NCBI GenBank assembly: GCA_028534125.1
Contig: CM052839.1
Location: 6,324,001 to 6,388,000, forward strand
DNA from: Lama glama
Lineage: Eukaryota
DNA: 64,000 nt
Direction: 5' to 3'
Shown: positions 1-12,353 of the stretch, piece after piece
How positions within the stretch are numbered: position 1 is the stretch's first letter
Layout of the letters: each line of letters begins with the position of its first letter
Program-made: the position numbers and the translations under genes
The notes under the pieces: model-generated
What the model was told of the DNA's origin: nothing
Database searches by the model: none
Seen by the model: only the letters and a program-made list of their open reading frames with translations

Positions 1-149
1 CGCCTCAGTATAAGGGCAGGCAGATAAGACCTCTTGGACAAGAGATCTCATTGATTCCCCGCCCCCTCCCCCAGGAACCGGCTATACTGTGCGGTGGTTT
101 TTGATTCTCTCTACCTTTGCTTGCACATACACATACCAAGGAGCAACAT

Positions 150-1235
150 TTAGGGTCCCCTGTGTGCTTTTAAAAAGTAAACATCAAAAGACCATGCACA
201 CATCTTGTCCCACAACTTGCTTTTTTTTCCCCTCAGCCTCTGGAAAGCCATTTGTGTTGGTTAATTCTAGATCTAGTTCATTCATTTGCTGCCAAGAATC
301 TCACAGTATGAATACACCCCATTCTATCTGGGCATCCCCCAGTCATGGTCATTTAGATTCTCTCTCTTTCTCTCTCTCTCTCTCTCTTTTTTTTTTCTAT
401 TACAAAACTGCAACAAGCATCCTTAAGATGCACCTGTCACTTCGGGTCCACGAGTTGGGAGTTTCTACACAGGGCGTACACCTCGAAGTAGAAGACTGGG
501 CTGTGGGATGCACACAGAATTTTACAAAATCCTGCCATTTTACTCTTCAAAGAGGCTCTCCCAATTTACACTCCCACCAGCAGCTTTAATAACACTTGGT
601 ATTGTCAGCCTTTTTAATTGCTGCCAATCTGATGGGTGTGAAATGGTACCTCATTGTGGTTTTAATTTGCAGTGCCCTGATTATTTGAGAAGCCAGGAAC
701 CATCTCTTTCTACATCTACTGCCCATTTGGGGATCTTCCCCTGGGATTGCCCATCACTACCCTTTGCCCGTCTTTCTACTGGCTTATTTGTCTTTTTCTT
801 GCTGATTTATCATTCTAGATTTTTATAGTTTGCTTTTTTTTTTCTTTTTCACTTTACTCTCACCTGTCTGGGACTGATTTTGAAGTATGGTTTGAAATAC
901 AGCCCAGACTTTATCATCCATCCAGATGTATCCATTCTCTCAAAACCATTTATTTGAGATGCAACTTTCATCCCACTCACTTCCCAGAGAGGAGGACACT
1001 GTTGCCTTGATCTCTGAGTTTATTCTTCTGCTGTTTTAGTTAGAATAGCTGTATTGTGATAACTGATAAGGCAAGGCCCTTTCATTGTTATTTTTCACAA
1101 TGTTCTTGGCTATTCCTGGGCACTTTCTCTGCCAAATTAACTTCAGAATCACATTGCCAATGTCCACCAAAAACCCCCGTGGGACTTGGATCGTGATTGC
1201 AATGAATTTCTAGATTAATTGGGGGTGAGCTGTCT
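150..1235 (-). mobile_element. Ancient L1 (L1M-type) ORF2/3' fragment
   Basis: Diagnostic antisense L1 ORF2 strings such as CAATTTACACTCCCACCAGCAG and GTGAAATGGTACCTCATTGTGGTTTTAATTTGCA. Confidence 0.8.
361..398. repeat. (TC)n/T-rich simple repeat
   Basis: TCTCTCTTTCTCTCTCTCTCTCTCTCTTTTTTTTT. Confidence 0.9.
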
Positions 1236-2174
1236 ATTCCTCTGTCTGCCTCTGCTCATCTCTCCCCAGCTCCCCCTCCCTTCCACACACCCAGAGCGGG
1301 GCCCAGCCTTGACATCGTGGTCCTGGGGTCAAGCCCAGAAACAGCCCTGGAGGCCAGACGATCAGGGCCCTGGCCCAGGAAGGACAAGGCCCTGAGGGGT
1401 CCTAGAAGCTTCTTCTGGTCCCGTCCCCATTTTTGACTGGCCGTCAGGCTCTACCTGACACTCCAGGTCTGGAGTTAACCAGGCCTGACCCTCCTCTGTG
1501 AAGCTGCCCTGTGAAGCAAAGTTGTATCCCCTAAACCTACCAATTCTCTCTGCCCTCACCTCCAGCCTCCACTGGATTCAGTGTAAATCTGACTCACCAC
1601 TGCCCTACTTCAGACTCTTCCAGGGTCCATCTCTTCCCTCAGGAGGAAGCTCAGGCCTTCCAACCCGGCCTTCAAGGTTCCTCCTGATCTTGTCCTGCCT
1701 TCCTTTCCAACCAAAGCCCTCTCCTCCTCCAACTATCAACACACTCCATCATTTCTGCATCCCTGGGATGGCTCCCTCTGCCTGTGCTATCTTCACCGAA
1801 AGGCCTAATCTCCCTGACTTGCCTGCCCAGCTCAAATGCCACCTCCTCCAGGAAGTCTTCCCTGACCACATGGATGTCAAGAGCCTGCTCTCTCTTCAGT
1901 GACGACTTTCAGCACTTCGCACATCTTGAAGGCTCTGAGCATGGGAGCTCCTGTCACATCTTCCCACCCCTAGCCTGGGTGCTCCCAAGGATGGGGCCAG
2001 GGTCTCCTCCTCTGTCCACTAGGCTGAAAGCTCCCTGAGGATAGATCCTGGTCTCCTCCCCTTCTTCCTCTATGTCCCTCTACAGTAGCCATCATGTGAT
2101 TGTCCTTGCTCTGTTTGAACATCCCTACTGATGGGACACTCACTACCTCTCAAAGCAACATACCTCCTCTTTGG

Positions 2175-2400
2175 AAGAAAGAGCAGAAATAATGATTTGT
2201 TGAACACCTGCCATGTGTCAGGGTCTGAACATTCATTAGTTCAGTTATTTCTCAAAACAAACCTTCAAGCTGAGATGTATTATACCCATATTCAAGATGT
2301 GGAAACTGAGACTCAGAAAAGTTAAGGAAGTCTCTCCAGATCACAAAGCTGAGTGGGCAACAGAACTGGGATATTCAAACCCAGAACTGTGGGAGCCAAG
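2175..2400 (-). mobile_element. MIR
   Basis: GATGTGGAAACTGAGACTCAGAAAAGTTAAG core in reverse. Confidence 0.7.
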
Positions 2401-2896
2401 CAAGAAACATCTTCCTTATGTTGAACTGATGTTTACCTCCCTATGACTTTGACCCAGGGAGTTGGCTGGTCTTCGGACAAACAGCAAAGGCCCAGAGAAG
2501 GGTAGTGACTTACCTAGGGTCACACAGCAAGATGATGGCACAGCCAGGTCTAGAACCAAGGGTCCTGACTCCTTGGCCAGCCTTGCTCGCCCTGTTTCTT
2601 GCATCTTCCCAAATCAGAGGCAGCTCAGAGAGAGTCAGGATGCCACAAGGGGCTGTGAGTCCCTCAGTTCAAGGCCAGCACAAGAAAGGCCCCACATGTA
2701 GGACCAGTGTATAGAGGTACCCAAAGACTCCCTTATCCCACTGCACTTGGAAGACACTGTGTGGGATTTGAACAAAGGGTCTGGAACCCCAGTCTAGACT
2801 AGTACAAGTCAATCAGACTAGCCACCCGCTGGAGGAACCAGGACACACAGACGGGACACGCAGTGGTGCCGGGTGGGAAGCCCGGGCAGGCCTCAC

Positions 2897-3033
2897 CTGC
2901 TGAGGGATGAAGGAGCTGGAGAATGTGACCGCCGACCAGAAGAAAATCCCGCAGCTGAGGATGACCTTCCTGTTGAAGCGGTCGCCCAGGTAGCCAAAGA
3001 TGGGGGCAGCCACCATGAAGCTGCAGATGAACA
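2897..3033 (-). CDS. SPNS2: SPNS2 coding exon 3 (137 nt); downstream exons lie left of the window
   Basis: (V)[45 protein letters not shown] contains MFS motif A ([10 protein letters not shown]). Acceptor ccctgcacag| and donor CAG|gtgagg. Confidence 0.98.
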
Positions 3034-3714
3034 CTGTGCAGGGAGAGGAGAGCTGCAGGGGTGGGGCAGGGGCCCGCGGCTGAGCCCACCAGCCCGGATC
3101 GCCCCAGCTTGAGGCCAAGGGCCCGTGAGACGAGGCTGGGCCTGGGCCAGGGGCTCAGGAAGCAGCCCTCAGTCCCGCCAAGAGGGGCAACCTCGGCCGG
3201 GCCTGGGCCCAAGGGAGGCGGGACAGGCCCTCTGGGTTAGGGTGACCCCACGCCTCCATCATCTTTGGTGTCCAGCTGCAGGTGAGCCCTTTGGGTACTT
3301 TTTAAAAGAGTAAATATTTGTTTATTGAACACTTTTTAGGTGTCAGGAGCTTTGCCGGGGGCTCAACACACAGCATTTTGTGTATCCTTCCGACCCCTGT
3401 CCCACCTCACAGATGGGGAGACACTAAGAGAAGAGAATGACTTGCCCAAGGCCCCACAGGTGGTAAATGCCCCAGTGGGGATTGGACACTCTGTCTGTCT
3501 GACTCCAGAGCCAGTGTTCCTTATACTTGGCCACACTGCTTTCCTCATTATACTTGAAGAAGAGGTTCAGAGAGGGAAAGAGGCCTATCCAAGGTCATAC
3601 CGCAGATTGACGCAGAACTGGACCTGGAACCCCAGGTCTCCTACCTGCCAGGTAATACAGCCACCCTCACTCCCAGCCGACTGCAGAGGCTTCCCTGACA
3701 TTTTGAAACATTGT

Positions 3715-4230
3715 CATTCATTTGTTCATTCACCCATTCACTCATTTATTCATTCATCCTTTCATCCATTCAATAAAGACAAAAATTCCATTCTAGTGAG
3801 AAACAGACCATAAAATAAAAAAGATGGTACATCAGGGGGTGACTAGTGCTGAGGAGGGGAAAAGGACAGAAACAGGATATAGGAAATGTGTGCACATGAG
3901 AGAAAGACAACAGATGTTACAGTTTTAAATAGAAAGGTCTGAGAAGGTGACATTTCAGCAAAGACCAGGAGGAGACGAATCTTGCAAATATTGGGTAGAG
4001 AATAGCAAGTGCAAAGGCCCTGGAGCAGGAGTGCACTTAGCATGTTTCAGGAACAACAAAGAGGCCAGAGTGGCTGGAGCAGAGGGACCCAGGGGAAAGG
4101 CCAGATAGGATAGGGCCTTGTGGCCAACTGTGGTGACTGTGGCTTCCATGGGTGAGAAAGGAAAACACCAGAGGATGCTGACAGAGGAGAGCTGTGACCT
4201 GGTTTTGTTCTTCCAGAACAAGAGAGCAGC
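3715..4230 (-). mobile_element. L2 3' fragment
   Basis: (CATT)n tail followed by L2-type GCAAGTGCAAAGGCCCTGGAG...GAGGCCAGAGTGGCTGGAGC. Confidence 0.75.
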
Positions 4231-4789
4231 AGTCTTAGAGGACCCTGTGGGGACGGCGCTACCAGTGATGGGAGGGGCCTTGGAGGTCCCAGGTGGGGGA
4301 CGAAGAGGCCAGCAAGGCAGGGCAGGCACTAGGCCATGTCATGAGGCAGCCCCAGATTCCCCCTCCCAGAAGGCAGTCCCACAGCTGTCGGGCAGATGGC
4401 CAGACAAAGGCCCGGTGGGCAGACCCGGCGGCCAGTTGGCCGGCCTCTGACCACCAAGCTGGCTGCTCCCTCACAGACGTGAGTCCCTAGGAGGCAGGCC
4501 GGACTAGAAGAGACCGAGGGTGCTGAGGAAGGAAAGGAGGAAGTGGACAAGAGGGCAACGGGCTGGGCTGGAACAATCTGACTGTCTCTTACCTAAATGA
4601 ACAGGACGTGGGTGTATGAGTGCGGGGGGAACCTTTTAATCCCAACTGTGTGATTGGAGCCTCGGGCAGAATCAGCGAGTGATGCCCGAATCTGGGCACC
4701 AGAGACATACTGCCTGGGCTTGAATTCAGCTCTGTTCCTTCCCAGCTGGGTGACCCTGGGCAGACCACAAACCTCTCTGTTCCTCAATT

Positions 4790-5230
4790 CAGTGCTGTGC
4801 TGATAAACATTTAACGACTGGTCTTCCAAAAAGGGAGGACCCCTGATGTGCAGTGTTTGCCCGTTTTCATGGTGCAAACATTCCCACGATGGCCTGATTT
4901 CAAGCTACCAATATGATGTCACTAATCAGGGTTGGGAAGAGACATGCAGTCACACAGCGCTGCACATGTAGTTCTACCATCCAGGTACAATGGGCATAAA
5001 TAACCCTGAGAAAATAAATAACGCTAGATAATAGCAAAACGTAGTAAAATCATTAGGGAGGGGTGAATTTTGAGTATTTGTTACCTTTGTTTTTAATATC
5101 TAGTTTAATTGTAAGTTTACATAATTTAGTTTTTAACAGTGGTTGTATTTAACAACAAGCTCACACAATTCCTGAAAATTTAACAATCAGTTCTCATGAG
5201 CCTGTCTAAGCCAGCTCCCGTGCGCCAACT
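4790..5230 (-). mobile_element. MER63-type hAT DNA transposon nested in a MIR (MIR pieces ~4700-4789 and ~5231-5320)
   Basis: Terminus CAGTGCTGTGCTGATAAACATTTAAC and internal GATTTCAAGCTACCAA and AATTCCTGAAAATTTAACAATC match recalled MER63. The flanks rejoin into the MIR core CTCTCTGTTCCTCA..TTCCTCATCTGTAAA. Confidence 0.75.
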
Positions 5231-8200
5231 TCCTCATCTGTAAAGTGAAGATAAAAATAGCAGCTCCTTGCTTGCTCTGAACACTGGATGAGATAATGCT
5301 TACAAGGTGCTTCATGCCACGCCCTGCCTGGACTGGGTCAGCCTTGGTCAACACTGGGCCCTTGTTTAGATTAGTCAAGGTGGAAATTATTTCCTCATAT
5401 CTCGAAAAAGAATTTTTCCTGCTGGCTCTGTCTCCCAGGACCTGCCTGAGATCAGATCAAGATATGGGCAGGAAAGAGATTTCAGTCTCATCAGGACTCA
5501 CATGTGTTCAGGGCAGGAGGAAGAATTGTTCCGTCTATGCCTGTCTGTGTTAGATGGGGAGTGCGCAGAAATAATCAGAGTAGGAGTTGCCCCTTGTCTG
5601 GCCAGAGAGCAGATCCTGCCCGTGGGTTGCCCAGCTTAAAAAGTTAAAATGCCAGGGAAACAGCAAAGAGGGCCAAATCCTACCAGGACAGTGAAGGGAG
5701 GCTTCATGGAGGCAGTGATGACAAAGCTGGGCATTAAAGGATGCATAGGAGTTTACCGTGATAATACTTAAAATCAAGGATGCTAAAATACAAATTACAA
5801 ATCGTACAAGACTGTAAAATGATGAATGAAGCATGATGCTTATTGTTAATAATAACTGCAGTTACCCATTTATGGAGAGTTTATTACAGGCAAGGCCCAG
5901 GGATGTGCCCTGGACACAAACACAGATTATCTCATTTGATTCTCACATTATCTTCATCTCACAGAGGACACGGTAGAGGCGAACAGGAGTGACATCGCGC
6001 AGCTAGTGTGTGGCTGAGCCAGACTTTAAACCCCGATGCACCTGACTCCAGAGTCCCAGCTCTAAATCACACTTCAGACTGCCAGGCTAGAACAGAGGAC
6101 GATCCCAGCTGATGTTCCAAAGGTCAGAGACAGTTCAGGGTGTGCTGGGGACAGTGAGAAAGCTGTCAGGCTGCAGGATGGGATGGGGATGGAGGGGCAG
6201 TGGGAGGAGGGTGGAGGGAGACCCTAAGCCCTAGGACCAGGTTTGGTGGTTAATTAGAGGGCCGTGGAGATCCACACACAGCATGCTCTTCTCCCCTTCA
6301 AGGGGGAGCACTGGACAAGCCGCCACTGGGTGGGTGGACAGGGGCTGAAGGGGTTGAGCCAGGCCTTGGCCAGACCTCGGCCATCTTGGTCCATCCCTAC
6401 CCTCTTGTCTGGAGCGGAACAGGAAGGCAGCCGCCCTCCCCCACACTTCCCCCCTGGCTTTCTGCCAGCTCGTTTTCATGGGCAGAGGCATCCAGGACTA
6501 TGGATGTACTCCTGTTGGAATGGCCACACCCTGTCCCCACCCCCAGCCTGCCAAAGGTCACCAAATCCCAGCCTGAGCTTTCCTGTCGGTCCCATTTTAC
6601 AGCTGGGGCCACTGACAGGTGGAGGAACTTGCCAAAGATGACACAGCAACCCTCCTAACCCTGGACTCCCTTGTCCCTAAGTGCCTGCCCCTTGGGGACA
6701 AAGGAGTCCAAAGTCAGGAGGGAGACACAATCCATCTTTACGGCCCTGCCCTCTGCTCAGGGGAGACAAGAGAAAGGACCTCTCCCGGGCCTCAGGGATG
6801 TCACAGGCCAGCAGAGAGGCCTGAACACAACCAGGTAGGGACAGGAGGAAAAACGTTCTGGCAGAAGGTTCCAGCACAGACAAAGGCCTGGACATGTGAA
6901 CCTTGTCCCAGGTTGGGGCGCAGAGGCTTCTCCAGCCAGCAAGCAGCTCTGCTGAAAATAAAGACCAGCTGGGGCTGGAAGCTTCCCGGGCCCACCAGCC
7001 CCAGCCCCTAGTCTTTGTTTATTTGAGGAGAGCTTTCTGGGCAGACTGGCTGCCCCTCCCCTGGTCTCGGTAGGGCCGGCTTTCCCAACACGAGGACATC
7101 CTGTGGTTGGGGTGTGGGGAGGCCCTCAATCAGCTCACGTATGCTGAGCCCACAGGTCTGGGACAATGGAGCAGCAGGCAAGGAGCCAGGGCACGGGGGC
7201 AGGGCCGCAGAGGACAGTGTGGGAGGAGTCAGAGCCCCTGGCTCAATCAGGAGAAGCTGGGTCTGAGCCTCCTCTGTAAGACTGGCGATGCCCCCTCCCC
7301 ACAGGGCCAGCAGGAGGTCATCACGGAGACAGGGCGTGGACAGCATACCTAAGGCGCAGTCCACTTCTCGTGGTGATCCCAGGGCTCAGCAGGCCGGCTG
7401 AAGGCCTTCTCCCTGTGGGCCCGCTGAGGAGGCCAGAGCCCAAAGCTCTGAATAACCCCACTGGAAGTTCTGTACCCTGGCAGGCAGCCCCAGGACCCAG
7501 CCACCCACCCCCAGCCCCCCAGGGCTGCAGAAAGGGTGGTCCCAACGCAGGAGTGGGTGAGGTCTGTGCTGGGGGAGCCCCAGGCTCCCACACTGTGGCC
7601 TTGGAGCTCACGTCCTGCCCCACCTCGGCATGGGCTGAACCAGGGCTATTTTTACAAAGTCTAGATCCGGCCGATCTGTTATTTGGAGAAGACTCGCCAT
7701 CCGCCACATCCTGTGGGCAGGGAGGGTACTCAAGCAGGCATAGGGTGGGCAGGGGTCCGGCTCTGCCCGAGTACACTGTCTGCCCAGAGGATGTGGAGGA
7801 GGGCAGCCCAGGCCAGCCAAGACGAGAGGAAAGACCCAGGAATGCCTGGCTTCATCAATGCCTGGAAGCCCACCACGCTCAGACTTCCTGCAGGAAGAAT
7901 GGCAAACATTCCTCCACTCAGGATATAAACTCTACGTTGGCCACTCAGGCTTCAGGGAGAGAGGTTCTTGGACCTCCTTCCTGACAGGAGGGCCCTGGGG
8001 GGAGAGCCACAGGGGCTGCCCAGCTTTGCCTTCAGAACTCGGGTCTTTGCCAAAGAGGAAGGATGAGGGAGCGAGGCCAGAAGGAGACTCAGCCCCAGAG
8101 CAAAGGCGTCGTCTGGTTTCAGTCTGAGCTGGCTCTTCCTCTGTCCCCTCTCCCCGCTCCCCATCCTGGCACTTCCTCGAGATGCCACGAACCCCAGCCC

Positions 8201-9703
8201 TGAGTGGCCTTCCAACTTCCTCTGCCATCCATTCCCACATTTGGCCCCAGAGTGAACCTCCTGCTGCACACATCTTACAAGGACCTGCCCTGCTCCGAAA
8301 ACTTCTCTGGCTCCCCACTTCCTCAAGACAAAATCCAGATGCCTTTCACCATCAAACTCTGCTGTCCAGCCTCCTCCCCTTCCACTCTCCCCACACTCCT
8401 GCCCACAACTGACAAAACACATATCAGAGCCAGCAATGCCACAACCTCCACTCTCACTGCCCCCTTCCCCAGAGTTGCATTTATGCTGATTTCCTCAGAT
8501 CCAGCTTCTAATTTGCTTATTTTCTCTTTAACTGGGTCTAATCTACTTGTTAACTTGGCTAATTATTACATTTTTTTTACTTTAACACTATATTTTTCAC
8601 TTCTGGAATCTCGATCTTTTAAACATCTCCCTGTCCTTTTTTTCTTTTTTTAATAATGTGCTATTCCTGTCTTATAAACTCTACTCTTTCTTTACAGTTT
8701 TGAATGTTAAGCATAAAGTCCCTTCAAATGAGTCTATTCTCTGCAATTCTTCAGAAGTTGGTTTCTCCATTTCCTGGGCTGGTGGACTGTCTCCCACAAA
8801 AGTAGGAGCAAAAGTGTGAGAGCACACTCATTTTGAACTTGGGTTTGTCTTCAGTGGGACTTGTCGTCTGTGTCCCGTGCCAGCCCCGGGTCATGAAGGC
8901 TTCCCTAAAGAGCAGTTTGGGATTTGCCTCCACTGGGGTCCCTCCCTGCAGAAGTGGTGGAATTCCCAGGTCTGTACACAGCAGGGGCTGGACTAGGCTC
9001 CCCGCACAAAATCAGAGCCAGGAAGGAGACGTCCTTTCACGGGTGGGAAAACTTCCCACTGGCCTGGGGACACAGCTTGAAATCAGGAAACTTACCCTGG
9101 GCTCTGGGTGGAAACTGAATCACCCCTGCAATACAGAGCAAAGAAATCTCCAAGCCCTGAAACTAGGCCAGACTTGTCATACTTTGATGAACCTGGGTGA
9201 TGGCTATACGTAAATGTGTTATACTAGTCTATGTTTTACATGTATTTACATTTTTTCAGGATAAAAACGTTTACATTAAGAATACTGTAACAAGCTTCTA
9301 AGACACACACTGGGCCCCGCCTGCCTGCAGTATCAGCTCCCACCCCTGTGTTTGAGTTCAACTCTTTCCTTCTGGCACCTGGAAATTTCCCTGTTAGCTT
9401 TAGCTTTCAAACTCAACTCTGTCATTTAATTATGTTTTCTTGGCATATTTTATCCAGCTTGGAGGGGGGAAAAACATCTGACAAACTAACAAGCTGACTG
9501 GAACTCCTTTTTCCTGAACAAACTCCAACTCATCCTTCAAAGCCCCACTTAAATGTCCCCTCCTCGGGGACGTCTTCTTCACCTGCTACCAGGCACAGCT
9601 AGGTGCACATTCACTACTACCACCGCCACCACCCTGCCCTGCGTTCCCATAGTCCCCCAGGGTGGGGACTGGATACATCTACTCCTATAGTAAAAGATGT
9701 CCA

Positions 9704-9848
9704 GGGGGAAGGTATAGCTCAGGTGGTAGAGCACATGCTTAGTATGCACAAGGTCCAGGGTTCAATCCCCCAGTACCTCCTCCAAGGGTAAATAAACCTA
9801 ATTACCCTCCCCCTGCCCCCTCTCCTCCCCCCAAAAAAACAAACAAAA
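9704..9848 (+). mobile_element. tRNA-Ala-derived camelid SINE (vic-1 type)
   Basis: GGTATAGCTCAGGTGGTAGAGC (A box) ... GGTTCAATCCC (B box) ... AATAAACCTAATTACCCTCCCC, then an A-rich tail. Confidence 0.9.
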
Positions 9849-12287
9849 GGAGTACACCTGAGCGCCGGGACAGAGTCCATGGCAGAGCCCAGTACAGGGT
9901 CTGCCAAGCAGTGGGTTTGGCAGCAAGACCCAAGAGCTGTAATTCTGCCCTGGGCTCTCACAGAGGCCGAGCTACGGCCACTGCAGGGACCTCAGGGGCC
10001 AACTCAGAACTAGCAGCCACCTGCGGGGGGCTGCCGAAATCAGGCTCTTCCCAAGCCAGCTTTCAGGCTCTCGTCCCAAGCAGGGGCAGGCCCAGGCCGA
10101 ACCCTCAACCGCCCCCAACCCTGCCTCCGGGCCCAGCAGCCCCTGGTGCCCACAAATAAGCAGGCAGGCAACCCAGCTCTCAGCCCTGGCCCTTTGATCT
10201 GGGCAAGCAGCAACACCTGGCTGGCGCCCTCCCCCTGGCTCCGACCTTATCAGGGCTTGGGGAAGAGACAGGTGCCTGGGGCCCGGGCCAATTAGGTGAT
10301 TTACTTGGTAGCCCGCTGAGTCACATCCTGGTCAAGCTCGCCTGGTTTCTTGGCTCATTTGGCCAAAGGGGCAAGGACACTCCAGGGAGCCATCCCAGCT
10401 GTGTCCGGGGTAGGCGGCAGGGTGAGGGCCGTAGGGTCATGACTAGAGGGTCTCGGAGACTCACCACGGCTCAGAGGCACCCACCCTGAAAGCACTGAGA
10501 CACCAGACACTCAGGTGCCTGGGATGAGCCTCCCCAATCCAGTGACCATCGGTGCCCAATTCCAGGCCAAGAGAACCGCATACACAGAAATCCCAACATC
10601 CGGCCTGCTGCTCTCACCAAGGGACCTTAAGCAAGTCATTTCCCCTCTCGTGACCCACCTGGAAAGGGAAGCTGATCAGAGAGAGCTTGTAGGAGGAAGA
10701 ATCAAACAAGATGATGCTGTGGTGATTTGGCCACCTCAGGCCAGGTCGCCAGGGAGAAGTAGGGACTTCTGGGACTTCTCTCTTAGCCAAGAAGGACAAA
10801 ACTGTGGCGGTGCTATGACCCTCGCGGCCCTCTCACTGTCTCCCTGGGCGGCTGCACTGGCCTTGACCTCAGTCAGTGGGGGCTGAATGGAGGAGGCTGG
10901 GGCAGACCAGTCAGCAACACTAAGACCAGGAGGGGGATGAGGCTTGGGCTGGGTCACCAGTGACTCAGGGGCCACGGAGGGAGGGGGCTCGACAGCCACT
11001 CTCCCTCCTGCCTTTCCCTCACCAGCTCGCTCGGCAGCCTGCTCCTTCCCACGTGCCCTCTGGGCTTGAACTCTGTCTCCCCACTTTAAGTGCTGGTCAC
11101 TATATTGCATGGAGCCCAGGTGGATGGAGGAATCTGTTCCAGGCCCCAGGGCAGGATGACTTGGTCTGACCCAGGCCGGGGAGGCCAAGCAAGGGTGGAG
11201 GAGCCAGTGGAGGGGCTTGGGCTTGAGGTGACGTCTGCAGGGGCAGGGACCTGGCCACACTTAGGAGGCACTGGACCCCACAGCCTTGCCTCAGTCTTAC
11301 CTCGGTAGTTCTCACATATTAGGACCGAACCCTGGAGCTATCATCTCACCTCTGTGAGTCCTGAAGACCCCTTCTGGGAAATGAGGACGGTGCTGAGTCT
11401 GGCTGAGTGGCTGTGGCCACCGGCCGTGGAGGGCTGGCACTGTGCATTCTGGAATGCCACCTAGACAGGTCAGGCAGGTTCCTAGGCAGAGCCAGCTCAC
11501 TCCACCCCTCCCTCCCCGGAGAGACCGGGAGGGGAAGGGGTTCAGACTGGAATGCAGACCCTGTGGACCTTCTCCCCTACATCTAACCAGGCTTCACAGC
11601 CAGATGGACATGAGGACAAAGGGGAATCAGGGCCAAGGGAACTAGCCACACGGCAAGGTCAGGCAGGAGACAGGACCAGCCCTGTCTGGCTCTGAATCTC
11701 TGCCCAGGCCTGAGGTCCTGCTGAGGGCACGGCCAGCACGGCCAGCATGGCCTCAGCCAGTGGGAAAATCAGGGAGCCAGGAGCTCAGGTCCCAGGGCCA
11801 TGTAGCAGGCAGGGCAGGGACAAGGTTGACGTGGACCCTGGAGGTAGGGGCAGATAACTGCATAATCACCTGCCAGCTGCCCTGGCCCGGATGGGGCTTG
11901 GGCCCTGCCTCCCCACCAGTCGCAAGGCTGGGGCCCCGGGGGAGAGGGGCCGAGGCCCTCAGATCCAGGTCTTGTCTGGGACCCAGGTCCTCAGGCTCCT
12001 GCCCTGAGTTTGCGGACCAGTTGGCATTTCCGGCTTTGGCATCTACAAGGTGATTCCCATTCTTGCGTATCACCCACAGCCCCTCAGGGCAGGTGTTGTT
12101 TGTTTTGTTTTACAAGAATAGAAGCACAGGCTCAAGAAGTGGTGCCTTCTGTGAGTGGCAACAGCGGGATTTGGACACAAGGCCCATGCTCTTTCCAGCG
12201 AGTCAGGACCTGAGAGAAGGCGAGCAGGAGCCCCCCACACCAGCAGGTGGAGACCACATGGGGGCCAGGGCGGGAGGGGGGCCTCAC

Positions 12288-12353
12288 CTGACTGCAGCAA
12301 GCCGGCGCCACGGTCCTTGACCCCAAAGTGCTGCTGGATGTCCAGAAGGACGC
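12288..12353 (-). CDS. SPNS2: SPNS2 coding exon 2 (66 nt)
   Basis: (G)[21 protein letters not shown](V). Acceptor ctcccag| and donor TCAG|gtgagg; phases (1,1) join exons 1 and 3 in frame. Confidence 0.98.

Noticed and set aside
7370-7984. 204-aa ORF antisense to SPNS2 intron 2
   Set aside because: Non-ATG start, GC-driven composition and no recognisable domain.
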